This document shows positions 23,668-37,639 of a stretch of 64,000 nucleotides of DNA, piece by piece. This DNA is from Antedon mediterranea. Lineage: Eukaryota; Animalia; Echinodermata. The position numbers and the translations under genes were made by a program. The stretch's first letter is position 1. The number at the start of each line of letters is the position of its first letter. The notes beneath the pieces are model-generated. The model was given only the letters and a program-made list of their open reading frames with translations, did no database searches and had not been told where the DNA came from. Location of the stretch: contig NC_092670.1 of NCBI RefSeq assembly GCF_964355755.1, forward strand, positions 30,492,388-30,556,387. The letters run 5' to 3'.

Positions 23668-25867
23668 GGAGGTTGCGACCATAAGTGACGCGACCCTCCT
23701 AGACATGATGGGACATCATATGACACTATGATGACCATATAATATAACCATATTCACAACCTAGCTTACAATGCAACCCACTACTACTACTACAATTATT
23801 ATTTTTCCTTATTTATCTTGTTGATTAAGGTTGCTGTCATGAAATGAAGAAAAAACACAAGCACACAAAAGAAAAAAAATACTTTATTCATCATAGTACT
23901 ACAAACATATATAAGCAAGCAGGTACTAAGCAAGCAGAAAAAGCAACATGTAAGGATGAACTCCAATCGTGAAAACTTGCCGAGTTAAGCTCTGTCTACA
24001 CTATCAAGCTTTGTGACAACAAAATGTGATGTGCTCATATATGGACAAGATGATCATATTTTTTTTGATAGTGTAGCAGAGCTTAACAATCACTTCTATA
24101 TTTAAAATCTGTAATAAATTTCACTCATCTAAAATTTAATGTACTCTTTATTTACCAAATTTACGAGAACATTTTTATATAGCTTCATACAAAATATTAG
24201 GTTAGGTTAAAAAATGAAAGAGCTTTTGTTGTCAAGTTAAGTTAAACTCATGTCTAATTTGTGGATTGACTTTTGTTATTTATGTGCTGTTTTCTATGAA
24301 TTTAAAGTCCAAAATAAAGATACAAAATGATTTGAATGAATTATTTATCTTATTTATTTTAATTATTTAGGAATACGTGGAATTGAAACTGAAGAGGAAT
24401 GATGCAAGTGCCTCCTTATGAAAAATTAAAAGCACATAAAAAATGAAATGTATATAAAAAATAAAGGCAAAACAAAAAAAGTGAAGCAAAATATAAAGAA
24501 TGTGATTGGTTGTGTAGTAATCAACAATAAAAAAACAAACATCTGCACACTGGGAATCAAAAGTGACAAAAACAGCACTTACCTTTACTGGAAACTTCAA
24601 CTGGTTATAGAGCTCTGAGACCAATAGTGTGTGACTTAGCTTCTTCCTCATCTTCATGATGCGCACAATTGCTGCATCAATTTGATACTGTCGGTCTTGG
24701 AAGACGCGTTCCTGTGTATTCACTTGCTCCTCAATCTATCAATAAATCAATAATCAATCAATCAACCAATAATCTATCAATCAATTATATCAATCAAAAA
24801 TCTATTAATCAATATTCTAGTCTTTAGAGATCGTAAAATGGGACAGAAACTCTCGCGAGTATTGTAAACAAACTTATCACCATCAAACACATCTTTACTC
24901 TAAAATAAAATAAAAATAAAATTACAATTTTTAGAAGAATGAAAAACGTATTTAAAAATGTTAACACTGTTAAATTTAATCCTTACCTTGGGAGTTTTAA
25001 GTATCACCCGAGCCTTGCCGCAAGCAAGAGACTGAAGTGTTCTTCGGAGCTCACTATCCTCTGAAAAAAATTATAAAAAAATCCTGTAAACATTTAGCTG
25101 TGTATACTAGCCTAAAAAGGATTTTCTAGCCTATTTTAGGTGAGGAATTTATAAATTTAGGAATTCTTTATAATTACTAATTTTTTTTTAAACACATCCA
25201 ACAACAAGAAATAAAAAAAAAATAGGATAGGATAGATAAACTATAATTTAATTATAAACAAAAGCTCTGTCTACACTATTGAACTTAATGTGAAAAAAAA
25301 AAATTGATGTGCCCAAATATGGACACGACGATGTCATATCACTACCATATTGGGCACAACACATTTTCTTTGATAGTGTAGACATAACTTTAGTCTCATT
25401 TGAGGCTAAAGCAGTCGAGTTAAAAGAGTACGTTACAACATTGGAGCTAGATCAGGATTGAACCCCGGACCATATGATTGGAAGGCAGGCACTTCACAAC
25501 CAAGTCACCATACAAGCTTACCAATTCCTGTTGCCTGTTTAATGTCTTCTAATGTGCACTCTGTACTGTCATTAAACATAAGTAATACAAGAGTTTGGAA
25601 TAATGATACGCTGAGTTCTATCATACTCTAAGGAAAAGAAAAAAAACATAAATACAAAATAAATTATGACAGCACATGACCGAATAACAGCAAACATTTC
25701 ATATAAAAAAATAATCAATTAATTTTTCATATAGTTATACAATTAAACAGGGAATCGGCTAAGAATTGAATAACTTGATTAAATCTACAAAATGGCCTAT
25801 TCAAAATTGGATTTTACTCATCTTTATTTTTCATATTTTGGGGGACAATACATTTTTTAATATTATA

Positions 25868-26041
25868 CAATCAACTCTTCCAATACCAGACTCTCTGAAA
25901 ACTCTCCCAAAACCAGACTTTTTTCTTGAGGTCCAAAAGGTCCCAAATTCATTTTTACCATTAAATACACATTCTGAATACCAGACTTTCCGGAAAACCA
26001 GACATATTCGGTTAGCCCAAAGGTATTGGGAGAGTTGACTG
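25868..26041. mobile_element. Tc1/mariner-type MITE (TA-flanked)
   Basis: TA|CAATCAACTCT.CCAATACC...GGTATTGGGAGAGTTGACTG|TA. Confidence 0.7.
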
Positions 26042-27207
26042 TAATACCTTTTTAAAGGAGGCTTTCATGACGCAATGACCTAGGTTTGGTTGCCATTGTA
26101 ACTTGCGTCCGTTGTGTTTGCTAAGGTAGAACGTTTTGAATAACTCTTGTAATTTCACCATCTAAAAAATAAAATAATCTATATACAGTAATGCACATAT
26201 CCACTGTGACAAAACACATACTATATTAACTATATTACAAAACAACTTTGAAAAATACAATTAAAATGGGAATAATAAAATATAATACAATATAAATAAT
26301 TTAAAGTTATTGGCACTGCTCTTCAATTGATTATTTTTAACGTTTCATAGGTGGTCATATTACACAATTATTAACAAGAGGCATTCAGTTTTTAAATAAT
26401 AATATGGAATAGCTGAGTTTCTATTAGTGCTTATTGGGGTTACGTAATCTAGATCTCTTTAAGCAGCAACACATCACGATGTATCTCTGACTTAAGGATT
26501 CAGGCTTCTCCAAATTTTAATATTAATTTTTCTCTATGTTTAGCAAGACTAGTGATTTTAAGTCGAGTACAGGCAGCATCATAACTCTAATAGTCCTGGC
26601 CGAGTATAACTTTGCCCGCCTTTTCGAAGTCATTAATAATACATTTTAATAATAATGGTCGACTTATAATATATCGTATATATAGTGTGCTTCATACAGT
26701 TGATTGGATGTTACGCAAACAACAACTTTCAAGATTTTTGTTATGAATTTATTATTATTTAATAAAAATTAACAAAACAAAGAGTTATGATTTTTAATTA
26801 ATGGTATGGCAATACCTAATCCATTCAGGAATGATATACTGTGGTCTATGTGCAAGTTAGGTAATATTATTTAAGAGAAGTCAGGATGAACATCCTTAAC
26901 CTCCGATACTATCAAACTTTATGTGACAAAACCGTCAATGCGATGTGCCCAAATATGGACATGATGATGTCATATCACTACTGTATTTGAGCATATCACT
27001 ACCATATTTGGAAGAGTGAAATTAGTTGTTCACTAACTGTTTTTAGAAATTTATTTATTCTTTCTTTCTTTATTCTGCAGGCACTTTCAATACTAGTGCA
27101 CTGATCTTCAAAGTACATAGTTTTATATTGTTTGAATGCTTGCATGTTGTTGATATAAAGTTTGCGGTACACCACATATATTAGTTCTGAAAAGAACTGT
27201 TAAGTTT

Positions 27208-27247
27208 CTCGACGTTTCGATCAATATGCTTTGATCGTCCTCAGGAG
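27208..27247 (-). ncRNA. Minimal type I hammerhead ribozyme (Penelope-like element type)
   Basis: Minus strand reads CUC-CUGAGGA-C-GAUCAA(AGCAUA)UUGAUC-GAAAC-GUC-GAG: intact core boxes, 6-bp stem II, CUC/GAG stem I and a vestigial stem III. Confidence 0.72.
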
Positions 27248-29721
27248 TGAGAATGTTTTACACAGTTTTAACACAATATATACAAACAGTGTTATTGCAA
27301 TGTCTACCATCAACCAGCAATATTTAGTTTAATTATCTTCTGTTAACTGTTAGAAAGTACAATCCATTACATACTACGGATACTCTATGCTGTGTAAATA
27401 ATTAACTTATGCAAATGCAACCATAGAGATATTATGCAGCCTATGATATGCTTACCAGTATAAGTCATTCAATATTTGTTTTATGAATAAATAACTATAT
27501 TTTGTTAACATTTTACATACATATAAATGCTGTTAATATTTTAATGTTGTTTTTATATACAGTTTATTTATCATTTATCCACAGATGCAAATTTCGATGA
27601 AGATGAATTGATATTAGGATCAATATGAAGAAATATGTTTAAAAATCCATTACGAGAAAGATTATGTTTTCTGAATAAACAATTTAAACATTGAGTCAAT
27701 ATATTAGGTTGCCTTGTATTGTATGTAAATAGCCGAGATATTAATTTAAGCAATTAGAAATGGAAAGGGAAAATGACATGGCTGATGTTTAATTTATTTG
27801 ATAATATAATATATAAATAATATAATTAATATTTAATTTATTTATTGGTTTAGCTTAGGTGCTTATAGAGTATCACGGTGCTGACGTCACGACGGTAAGT
27901 GGCGCTGCGTGGTTGCTAGCGCAACCAAAAATGCGTTCAGTCTGCCTGAGTGACTCCAAGATCACCAATGGTTTGGAGTAGTCATTTTAAAACATTTTTA
28001 ATAAAAACAAACTAAAATTTCAAAATATCACTAAATATTTGTTTTTAACAATCTATTTATTCTTCAACTACAGTTTAAGTTAAAAAAAACAAGCTAAGAT
28101 ACACAATTTGATATAAATACAGATCCTCACTGTTTATCAACATAGTAGGGCTGAACGAATTTTTTGGTTGGCTAGCAACATGCAGCGCCCTGTATCGTTG
28201 TGACGTCGAAACAGTAATTCTTAACAATTTTTCTGTTGATGCCAAATAGTTATCCCCTTTGACCAAAAATTGGATCGAAAAAAAAGTATTTACCTAAAAA
28301 AATTTAATATAAAGCAAAAAATAGTCAAATTGGCTGCCAGCCAATGGGTTTTTGGTTGAATTTAAGCATTTATTTTTATAATTTGTTAATGATTTTTCCA
28401 GCTTTTTTTCTACAGAAATGATTAACTTTATTAAAGCTACAAAATAATCTATTCAAAGTCTCATTTTATTAATCTTTATTTTTCATGATTTTGAGGGACA
28501 ATACGTCTTTAAAGAAGTTATCTATAAATTACATCTGTGTAATAATAAAATAAATATTAGCTCAAGCCGTACTTTTACATATTATATTAGTGGTAGATGA
28601 CTTACGTTTGAGGGCAGGTGCACCTCCATCGGTGTGTACGTAGGCCAGTAGCCCATAGTCAATATGTTGACGGTCATCTCAATATTGCCCGGCACTGATT
28701 GGTGATGCATATGCTGTACAAAATACATAATATAAATAATAATTAATAATTACAATAGCAGACTCCCTCCAATTAAAGACTGCTGTAATGTGGCCCGGAT
28801 GATCACCTATCCTTTACCATTAGCTGCTCCCTCCAGTTAAAGACTCCATCTTATTTAGAGACCATAGACCACAGTTTTTAAGTGGACTCAAATAAACATT
28901 TCATTCAAATATTCCCTCCAATTAAAAAAACTTTAAAATAAACGTTTAAATGTATTGTTAGGGTAGGACAGCCATTGAAATGTTGAAAAAAATCAGACAA
29001 ATACTGCAGTTTTTGAGATACACATAAATGGACAGACCAACCAAACAGATTACATTTAATTTCCCTCTAAATAGTAGGATTTAAAAGACCATTTCTAATG
29101 CCAGACTTTTGTTGGAGGGATTTTAATTTTAATCTGGCAGGGTTTATTTCTTAGTAGCATTTTAAAAAGAAAACTACAGAGGGCTCACATCCAAATTCAT
29201 GTTGCCTTGTTGGTTTTTTTTACTTGTTTTATTTCTTGTAATTTAAATATGACAAATGAAATAAGGTAATGTTGCAATGAGAGAGTGGTTAGCCTACCTG
29301 CTTGAATGCTACCATGATGTCTTTGGATAACTCCATATCTTTAAACATGCCTTCCAACTTACTTGTAAATGCTCCACCACATTCTACAAAAACAAACATC
29401 AGTGCTCAACTTTATGTGACAAAAAAGTGTGATGTGTCCATATATGGACATGGGGATGTCATATCACTACCATATTTGAGCATATCACTACCATGGGCAC
29501 ATCACACTTTTTTTTATAGTTTTGATAGTGTAGACAGTGCTTTATAATTATATTGAATTTTGGATAATTTGAAAGATGGTGCCAATGCTATGTTGCTGTG
29601 GTTCTTCATCTTTGTAAGTTCCACAATCAACAAATTGATTATTATTACAGAACTAGGAGGCCTACTAGATGGCCTACTGTAAAGTAGTGGCTGTGTGAAC
29701 TAATTTCATGTGGTTAGTTTT

Positions 29722-30006
29722 GTTATTATTATTTATCTTCAGTGACTGACTGACTGGTCTCCCAGAGGGCCCAGTTAAGATCAGTGGCTGTACTATAGTA
29801 GTACACCGGGGTAACCCCCTACCTCGTACTAGGTTCTTTAAAGTGCACATGAAACAGATGTGTACACTGAACCTACGGTGTTTATCCTTATCCGAGAAGA
29901 CTCGTTCTACCACCAGAACCATGGAGTGAGTAAGCCTCAAACCCTTGCAGATATTATGGCTACATATTATGGTTCCACTGTCTTAACCGTGCGGCCACTC
30001 ACTCGC
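29722..30006 (-). mobile_element. tRNA-derived SINE with Deu/Nin-like central domain
   Basis: Head GAGTGGCCGCACGGTTAAGAC (A-box-like); body TTCTCGGATAAGGATAAACACCGTAGGTTC...CACTTTAAAGAACC; (AAT)n tail. Confidence 0.65.
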
Positions 30007-30025
30007 ATGTTGATTACATTTCTCA

Positions 30026-30157
<132 letters not shown>

Positions 30158-30856
30158 CTAAACACTATAACTTAGGGCAATATATATATATGCGTATGAA
30201 ATTAAAAAATATACGTTTATCAATTGCGGCCAACGCCCATTCAGAGGAGACCAATATTAAGAGGTAATAAGGGTTGTAATGTACTATAAAAAGCATGTGG
30301 TTTACCATGAATGAATCTAAAGATTACAAGAATTTTATCCAGCAGTCTTTCCAATTCCTCTTCCGTCGCTTCCTTGTTCCCCGTCTTCAATTTGCTGTCA
30401 ACATATTTGGCTGAAAACAAGACATTTTGTTTTTTTATTTATTTTTTTCATTTATAAAGGGTGACCCTAAACAGCCTTGCTTAACCCCTTCATCGACATC
30501 AAAATAATCAGTTACAATATCATCAAACTTAAAACCAATATGACATTTGTATAAAGTTTATCAATAATTTTCCAGACTTTACCACGGATACCAGTATTCC
30601 ATGCTATTGACAAAAGGCAATTACGCCAAAAGCCTTACGGAAATCCAGGAAGGCTAAGTATATTAACTTATTTTCCGCATTACGCGTAGCTAATATGCTT
30701 TTATAAGTGTAAATATGTGGTCCTCACACCTATGATTTTTCCTAAAGCCTCTTGAATTTCTGTAAGAATACTATTACTCTCACATGATGATAATGTAATA
30801 CCTTTATAGTTATATAGTTGAAGGCATTTGCAAACAAGTTCGTTGGTTGGTTGTCC

Positions 30857-33786
30857 CATATAGTGGGTACTGTATATAGACCCCCCTCCTCTGACCCAAA
30901 TCAATTCTTAATTGAACTTGACATTGTCCTTTCCAATTTAACAAAAGAAAATAAAAATGTTTATATTCTTGGAGACTTTAACATTGACATTCTTAAACAT
31001 GAATCCGACAATACTGCCCGTCAATTCATTAACACACTGTTTAGCAATCACTATCTTCCACTTATCGACAGACCATCCAGAATAACAAATTCCACAGCCT
31101 CATTATTAGATAATATTATTACAAATCAATTTGATTGTTCTCATATAATTGGTCTGCTATATAGTGATATCTCTGATCATCTCCCTGTTTTTAATATTTC
31201 AAACCTCTCTGATAGTTTTGCCACTAGCTCAAACAATGAAGAGATCCCATCTCTCAGACAGATTAACAATACGTCTCTTAACAACTTTTACCATGATGTC
31301 TCTAATCAAACTTGGTTTGATATCCTTAATTCTAATGATCCTGACTTTGCTTATGACCTCTTTGATAACACACTTAAAGCCCTTTATGACCAACACTTCC
31401 CGTTACTGAAAAGGAACAATACAAACAAGAACAAAAAAATTAAATCTTGGATGTCAAATGGACTGCTAAAATCAATAAAGTATAAACATAAACTCTATGC
31501 AAAATTTCTTCACCGCCCTTCTCCTGCCAATGAAATCAAATATAAACGATATCGTAATAAACTTAACTCCACTATCAAAATTGCCAAAAGAATCCACTTT
31601 CATGATATTTTCACCAAGCAAAAAAATGATATTAAGGCAACCTGGAAATCAATTAACTCTTTATTGAACCATAAAAACCGAAACCAACACAAAGGCAATA
31701 CCCCTGTCAACTGTAACGGAGTACCAACTAAAGACCCCGTCATTATTTCTAAAGCATTTAATGATTTTTTTTGTCGAAATCGGACCCTCCCTTGCTAACA
31801 AAATCCCTCCTAACAATGTTTCTTTCAAAGAATTTCTTCCTCAACCAAATCCGAAATCAATGTTCTTAACCCCCGTCCTAGAAGATGATATCATAAGAAT
31901 TATCTCTTCCTTCGATAACAATAAAGCTCCTGGTACTGATGATTTCCATACTAAAGCCATTAAACATGTTATCAACCTTATCTCCCTTCCCTTGTGTCAC
32001 ATTTTTAATCTTGTCCTCTGCAAAGGTGTTTTTCCGAACAGGTTGAAGCTGGCGCGCGTTACCCCTGTTTACAAATCTGGCCCCAAATCCAACCTTTCTA
32101 ACTATCGTCCTATCTCCATCCTGTCAATCTTTTCGAAAGCCTTGGAAAGAATTATCTATGATAGAACTTTTTCATTTATCAGCAAACATAACATCCTCTT
32201 CAAGAGACAATATGGCTTTAGAAAAGGACATAACACCTCCATGGCTTTGATCGACCTCACTAACAAAATTATTCATGCATTCGAAAATCGTCAATTTGGA
32301 ATCGGACTTTTCATCGACCTTTCCAAGGCTTTCGACACCATTGATCATAATATTCTTTTTTTTAAATTGTCTCACTATGGAATCCGAGGACCCGCCTTAA
32401 ACGTTTTCAAAAGCTATCTCACTAACCGCTCCCAATGTACTAAATATTTTAACTCTATTTCTAATTTTTGCCCTATCACCTGTGGCGTTCCCCAGGGCTC
32501 CTTACTTGGCCCTCTTCTGTTCACCTTTTACATTAATGATATCCACCGAACCTCAAACCTGCTAAATTTTTTTATATATGCTGATGACACTACAGTTTTT
32601 CATGCCAACAAAAATTTCCAAACTCTTTTTGACACCTTTAATACCAACGTTATCCCCTTGTCCCAGTACTTTATTGCCAACAAACTCTCCCTCAATCATA
32701 ATAAATGTAGTTACATCCTATTCGGAACCCCGCAGTTGACTAGGGGTATTGATGTGTCCCCACTTAAAGTCGTTATTGATAATCAAGAAATCCCCTCTGT
32801 TAAGTATAATAAATTTCTTGGCATTATCATCGACAACTCTCTCTCATGGAAACCCCATATCAAAGAACAAAGTGTCTAAGAACCTTGGGATCATTTCTAG
32901 GCTTCCTTCCTTCCTCCCAACTAATATTCTCAGGACCCTTTATTGCACACTCATCCTTCCTTATTTGAGCTATGGTAACATTGTCTGGGCCAACACTTAC
33001 CCTTCAAACATCATTAAACTCTCTATCCTACAAAAAAAAAGTTATCAGGACTATATCTGGCGCTCATCCACTGTCACATTCCTCCCACTTATTCTCCAAA
33101 CTCAATCTTCTCAAACTCTCGGACATTAACCTATCCCTGCAAGGTGTCTTTGTTTTTTTGGCCACTCACTCACTTCTCCCTTGCCATCTTAACGACCTTT
33201 TCGCTCCTAATATACCGTTCATAAATATTATACTAGAACAAGAAATAACATATATATCCCTAACCATAACACCAATTATTTTCAACATAGCATTAGATAT
33301 TCTGGACCTCTATTGTTTAACAATTTACCCCCCTCAATTTCCTGTGCTGCTAACCGCTATTCATTCAATAATAACATTAAAAATTACCTTTTGTCTCATT
33401 ACTGATCGATCTGTTTGATATGGTCGTTGTTTCCATGTTCCGTGACTTGCTATCTTTATTACTCATTTGTCATCATATTCGCTATATGCCATGCAGCTGT
33501 ACTTTTTTCTGTTCTTTTTTTTTAATTTTTTATTCCAACTTTTATCTACTGGTTTTATATATATTTTGTATTTCTTTATTGTTTAATTAATTAATTTTCT
33601 TTATTTATATTTTTTTCTTCTCTTAATTTAAATATTTTGTAAAGGCAATCCCGTCACAAGATTGAAATCTTTTTGGGATTTGCCTTCGTCCATTTTCTTG
33701 TTTTATCACTTGCCATTTTGTTTTTGTTACTTTTGTCTTTTGGACGTGAATAAATGTTCCTTGAATTGAATTGAAAAAATTGAAAT
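30857..33786 (+). mobile_element. 5'-truncated CR1/L2-group LINE (APE endonuclease and RT), frameshifted
   Basis: VYRPP, ILGDFN, LLDNII and SDHLPV (endonuclease); NYRPISIL, YGFR, DLSKAFDTIDH, GVPQGSLLGP and YADDT (RT). Frameshifts near 31770, 32870 and 33040; AATAAA and (TTGAA)n tail. Confidence 0.92.
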
Positions 33787-34126
33787 AATGCAACGAGCTT
33801 ATTTGGCTACTCGGTATGCATTAATCATAAAACTTCCTCGCGATCTGTGTGAAAACACCTTCTCAACCGTGACGAGTTGTAAGCAATCCTAATTAGCATC
33901 ATGTATAATGTATACTCATGGTTTGAAATCTTTGTTTACTTTCGCTCGTGACGATTTCCAGACGAAATGTAATCAAATTAATTTAGCTGTTAAGTACGTA
34001 AAATTGTTGTTTTTGGCTCGAATTTTCGACTTAAAGTGAATAACTTTAATTGTACTTTAATATGGCCAATTTAAATTTAGAATATTTTTACCTTCATTTT
34101 TTTGTGTTTCAAGTGACAATACATCT

Positions 34127-35540
34127 TTAAACTATCAAAATGTCCGGTAATACCACCAGTATAGTTAACAGGTTCGCCAATGTCAAGTGTATATCCTACT
34201 ATTATACATTATTTAAATAAAAAAAGTGAATTTAATCGTAGCTGCCTGAAAGTGGAGAAGATGGATTTTAATCAACACCTTTTTGAATGCGCCTTGAGCA
34301 CTCTTGAGTGGTATGTGCGCTATAAAAATCCTGTTATTATTTATTATTATTATTACCTACCTACTTTAGTAATCTTGATAATCATTAATTCTGGTAAGCA
34401 GCGGCTTGTACGGACTGTCCAGATGTCCGACAAGACTGTAGTGCATATCGCTGTTATTCGGTAGACGGTTCACGTAGACCAATTTTAACGGTTAATGAAA
34501 TGTCACCTGGTCCAAGTATTCAGGTACAAATTTGTCGCAGAAGCTACCACCAATTAATTTAAATAAATAGTAATTTCAGATATAACATATTTTAAAGTTA
34601 ACACAGTATTTATTTTTACCCAGTCAGTTGGGTTCTGTTTCGTTGCAGTTCATTCTGTAACCGCCCTTCACAGTTCAGAAAGGGGATCATTTTGGTTTTC
34701 TTTTTCCATGACTGGTGCATACTTCAAAAAGCCCGCTAGAAACAGAGTAATTACTATAGGAAATTTGATCACTTTAGTTTGTAACTGGGAGTTTGCTTGT
34801 GCAGACTAAAGCTCTGTCTACACTATCAAAGTGTGATCTGCCCAAATAATATTTGGTAGTGATAGGATATCCATATATTGGCACATCGCATTTTTGTGTG
34901 CAGACAGAGCTTAAGCTTAATGGCAATTAAAGTATTAGTTTTACGACGTTCCTAAAAGTCATTGAAAAGTTTATTTTAAAATATAGGACTGTTTTTTGTG
35001 TGAATGATACCAACATTGTAGTCACGTGAGCCATAAGATAGTATATAGGCCTATTGTTTTGACGGCTCCCAAATTCCCCTTTAAATAAGGTATAATTTTG
35101 TTACCACACTAATCTAACTGTTTTTATGTTCTATTAAACACAGTGTCTCTTGGGGGAAAAAAGAATTATCCTATTATCTTTGTATTACCTTATTATTATC
35201 CTGTATTCTACAGTCGTGTTTTGTTTTATTTTAGAATCCGTAGATCCTGCCTTGAATACTGTTGATAATGGGCATGCGCTCCGACGTTTTTATTTCGTCG
35301 AATCTAGAAGCCAACCTAACAACATTCTCGACTTCAGTTTTTATCATGAACGATGTACAATTTGAATATCCTCATACACCGTTTGTTTCATTACAACCAG
35401 ATGATGACGTCAGCGCGTGTAAAATGCCTCCATGGAATACCACTGTGTATGTCGATGAACAGTACTGTGATATAAATAACAGTACAGATTCCAGTACAGC
35501 CTGTAAATGTCCTATCGTCGCTAAAGTGAAGCTAGGCCAG
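34127..35540 (+). pseudogene. Second laccase copy: inverted duplicate of ~17513-18825 with deletions, plus a later domain-3 exon
   Basis: 34127-35150 is the reverse complement of the first copy (upstream region, exon 1 at ATG 34261, partial exon 2, intron 2). Exon 35235-35540 gives MNDVQFEYPHTPFVSLQP...C...CKCPIVAKVKLGQ|GT, resembling the invertebrate laccase domain-3 start, and is frameshifted. Confidence 0.8.
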
Positions 35541-35679
35541 GTAATTTATATATAAATTATGGTTAATTCTGACATAGGCGAGCACAATGGAAAAACTTCG
35601 GTACAAATCTCCGCCTTGGATACCTACCTTATCTATCTCAGGGAAGATATTATAAAGAGTTTTTTAACAAAATTTATGA

Positions 35680-36720
35680 TTTCAACAGTAGATTTTCAAC
35701 TCAATTTCATTTCTTCGCAGTCAAAGTAATTTCCGGGTTTACGATGAGTTCACACTAACAGTTGTTGTGCACTCTGATTGTTTAACAATGTTGATTGGCT
35801 GAATTTGATTAAATAAAATATTTGTTTGATTTATCAAATAATAATGTATAATGAGTGAATCAAGAGTGTAGGCCTACATTATGATAAATTTAAATTAATT
35901 GTAATGGGTTAAAAAACTCACCCGTCCTCGAGTCATAAGTGACACTTTCTTATTATTCATAAGGTCTTTCCGTACTATGTTGTGTGCCATGCTTTTCAAT
36001 TCTTTTGGCCAAACCTCATTTGTTTGGGCAGTACATGTAATTTCTTCAACTGCACTTAAAATTTTGGTGAATGCCTGTTCTTTAAACGTTTTGCAAACAT
36101 GATTGGGGGTTTCTGACCAAACTAATTGAATTTTACATTGTTTGCATTGCAAAGGGACTCGTTTAAGCGATTGTTCTACAATAAGTGGAACTGGTTTGAG
36201 ATCTTTGTTACTGACAATTTGGCTGCAGTTAAAACAATCAATTGATTCTCGTCCTACTGCCTTAAACAATTTGTTTATGCAAAATGTACAAAAAAAAATG
36301 TTGACAAGGCGTCTGCTGGCTGTCAATTGACAACAAATTATTGCATATCTGACATTCATACACTTGATTATCGTAATTTTCAAAAATTTTAAATTGAGGA
36401 TTTAGTAGCAAGTGCTCATGAGTGGGAATAAAACTGCCAGTAGTATTGCTTCTGTTTTCGGGAAACTTGCATTTCTTCAGCCTTCGACCAGGTCTTGATT
36501 GTTGACTGAATAAGTAGCACGCTAAGCATTTGTCTCCATGGTCTTTGAAATTAAATGGTGTTATGTTGTGTCCACCAAGTGCCCTAACGTGACAGCTTCC
36601 ACATAGCCACTTAAGATTTGGATCCAAATTATATTCATAAGTGTACTTTACATCTTTTATTTTAAATTTTTTTCCGCAACAGTAGCAAAGGGAACTCAAT
36701 GCCCTTTCGTGAAACTCCAT
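35680..36720 (-). pseudogene. RAG1 N-terminus-like protein of a decayed transposon (N-RAG-TP/Chapaev/RAG1L-related)
   Basis: H..AL..LCYCCG, CGSC and F.FKDH...CLAC...RPGRR; C3HC4 RING CQIC-x12-CQH-FF-CTFC-x14-CFNC (1-nt slip in the A9 run at 36290-36298); ZFA-like CKQC-x11-H.C; TRGR|intron|PINI; exon 2 has stops. Confidence 0.72.
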
Positions 36721-37639
36721 TACTGTATATGAAATAAAATATAATATAAAAAATTTTAAATAAAAATAGCTCCGCAGCTTATCTGTGAAATATATTTGTA
36801 ATTGTATGTGTAATTTTTATAAAGGCCTATAATAGTAGTATAGTTACAGTAATGACTGTCACTCAGTCACACCAGCTAGCCTAAAAATGCACCAGAAAAG
36901 CAATAATTATTATTATAAACACATGCCATTAATTATTTGATAACAGTTATAATGATTAAATTTAGGATTAGGATAATTAAAGGTTTTACTACTACGAATT
37001 TTCTATGTTTGGGCCTAGCTTCATCCTAGGCCCACATTACTGTCAAGTTTATCGCCGGCGTCAACGCACTTTCTAAGCCTATCGCCAAACCGTTTTCTCG
37101 CCGATAACAATAACAATGTATAAAGGGGTTGCAAAATATGCGAGTTTTACTAAAAACTGAACCAGGCTATATTAACATAACTTGTATTATTTTATTTATA
37201 TAATAATGATGGCCTATATTCTAGTTCGTTCTTTTTCTAAAAAAATGAATTATATCCAAAAAATAAGTTAAGAATACAATGATATTTTCTACTTACGATT
37301 GTTTACTATTTCATTACACAGTTTCTATCGACTTCCTGGTTTATGTGTGGGAGATTATTTCAGTAAAATGGACAATATCGTCGTTTATTTATTAATTTAT
37401 ATTAAAGAAACAATAAAATATTGATTTTTTAATTGAACATAAACTTTTTTAATCGTTTGGTTTTATATAAAATGTGTTTTCTACATAAAAACTAACGGTA
37501 GCAAAATTTAATTTGGCGTTCGCGAAATAATGGTTTGTGTACAAAATTCATAAGTTCGCGCGGATCGGAGAGCGTCGTCTGCTAACACTGAGGGCGCTTT
37601 ACTTTTTCTGATATCTTAACACTAGTTGAAACAGCTGTG

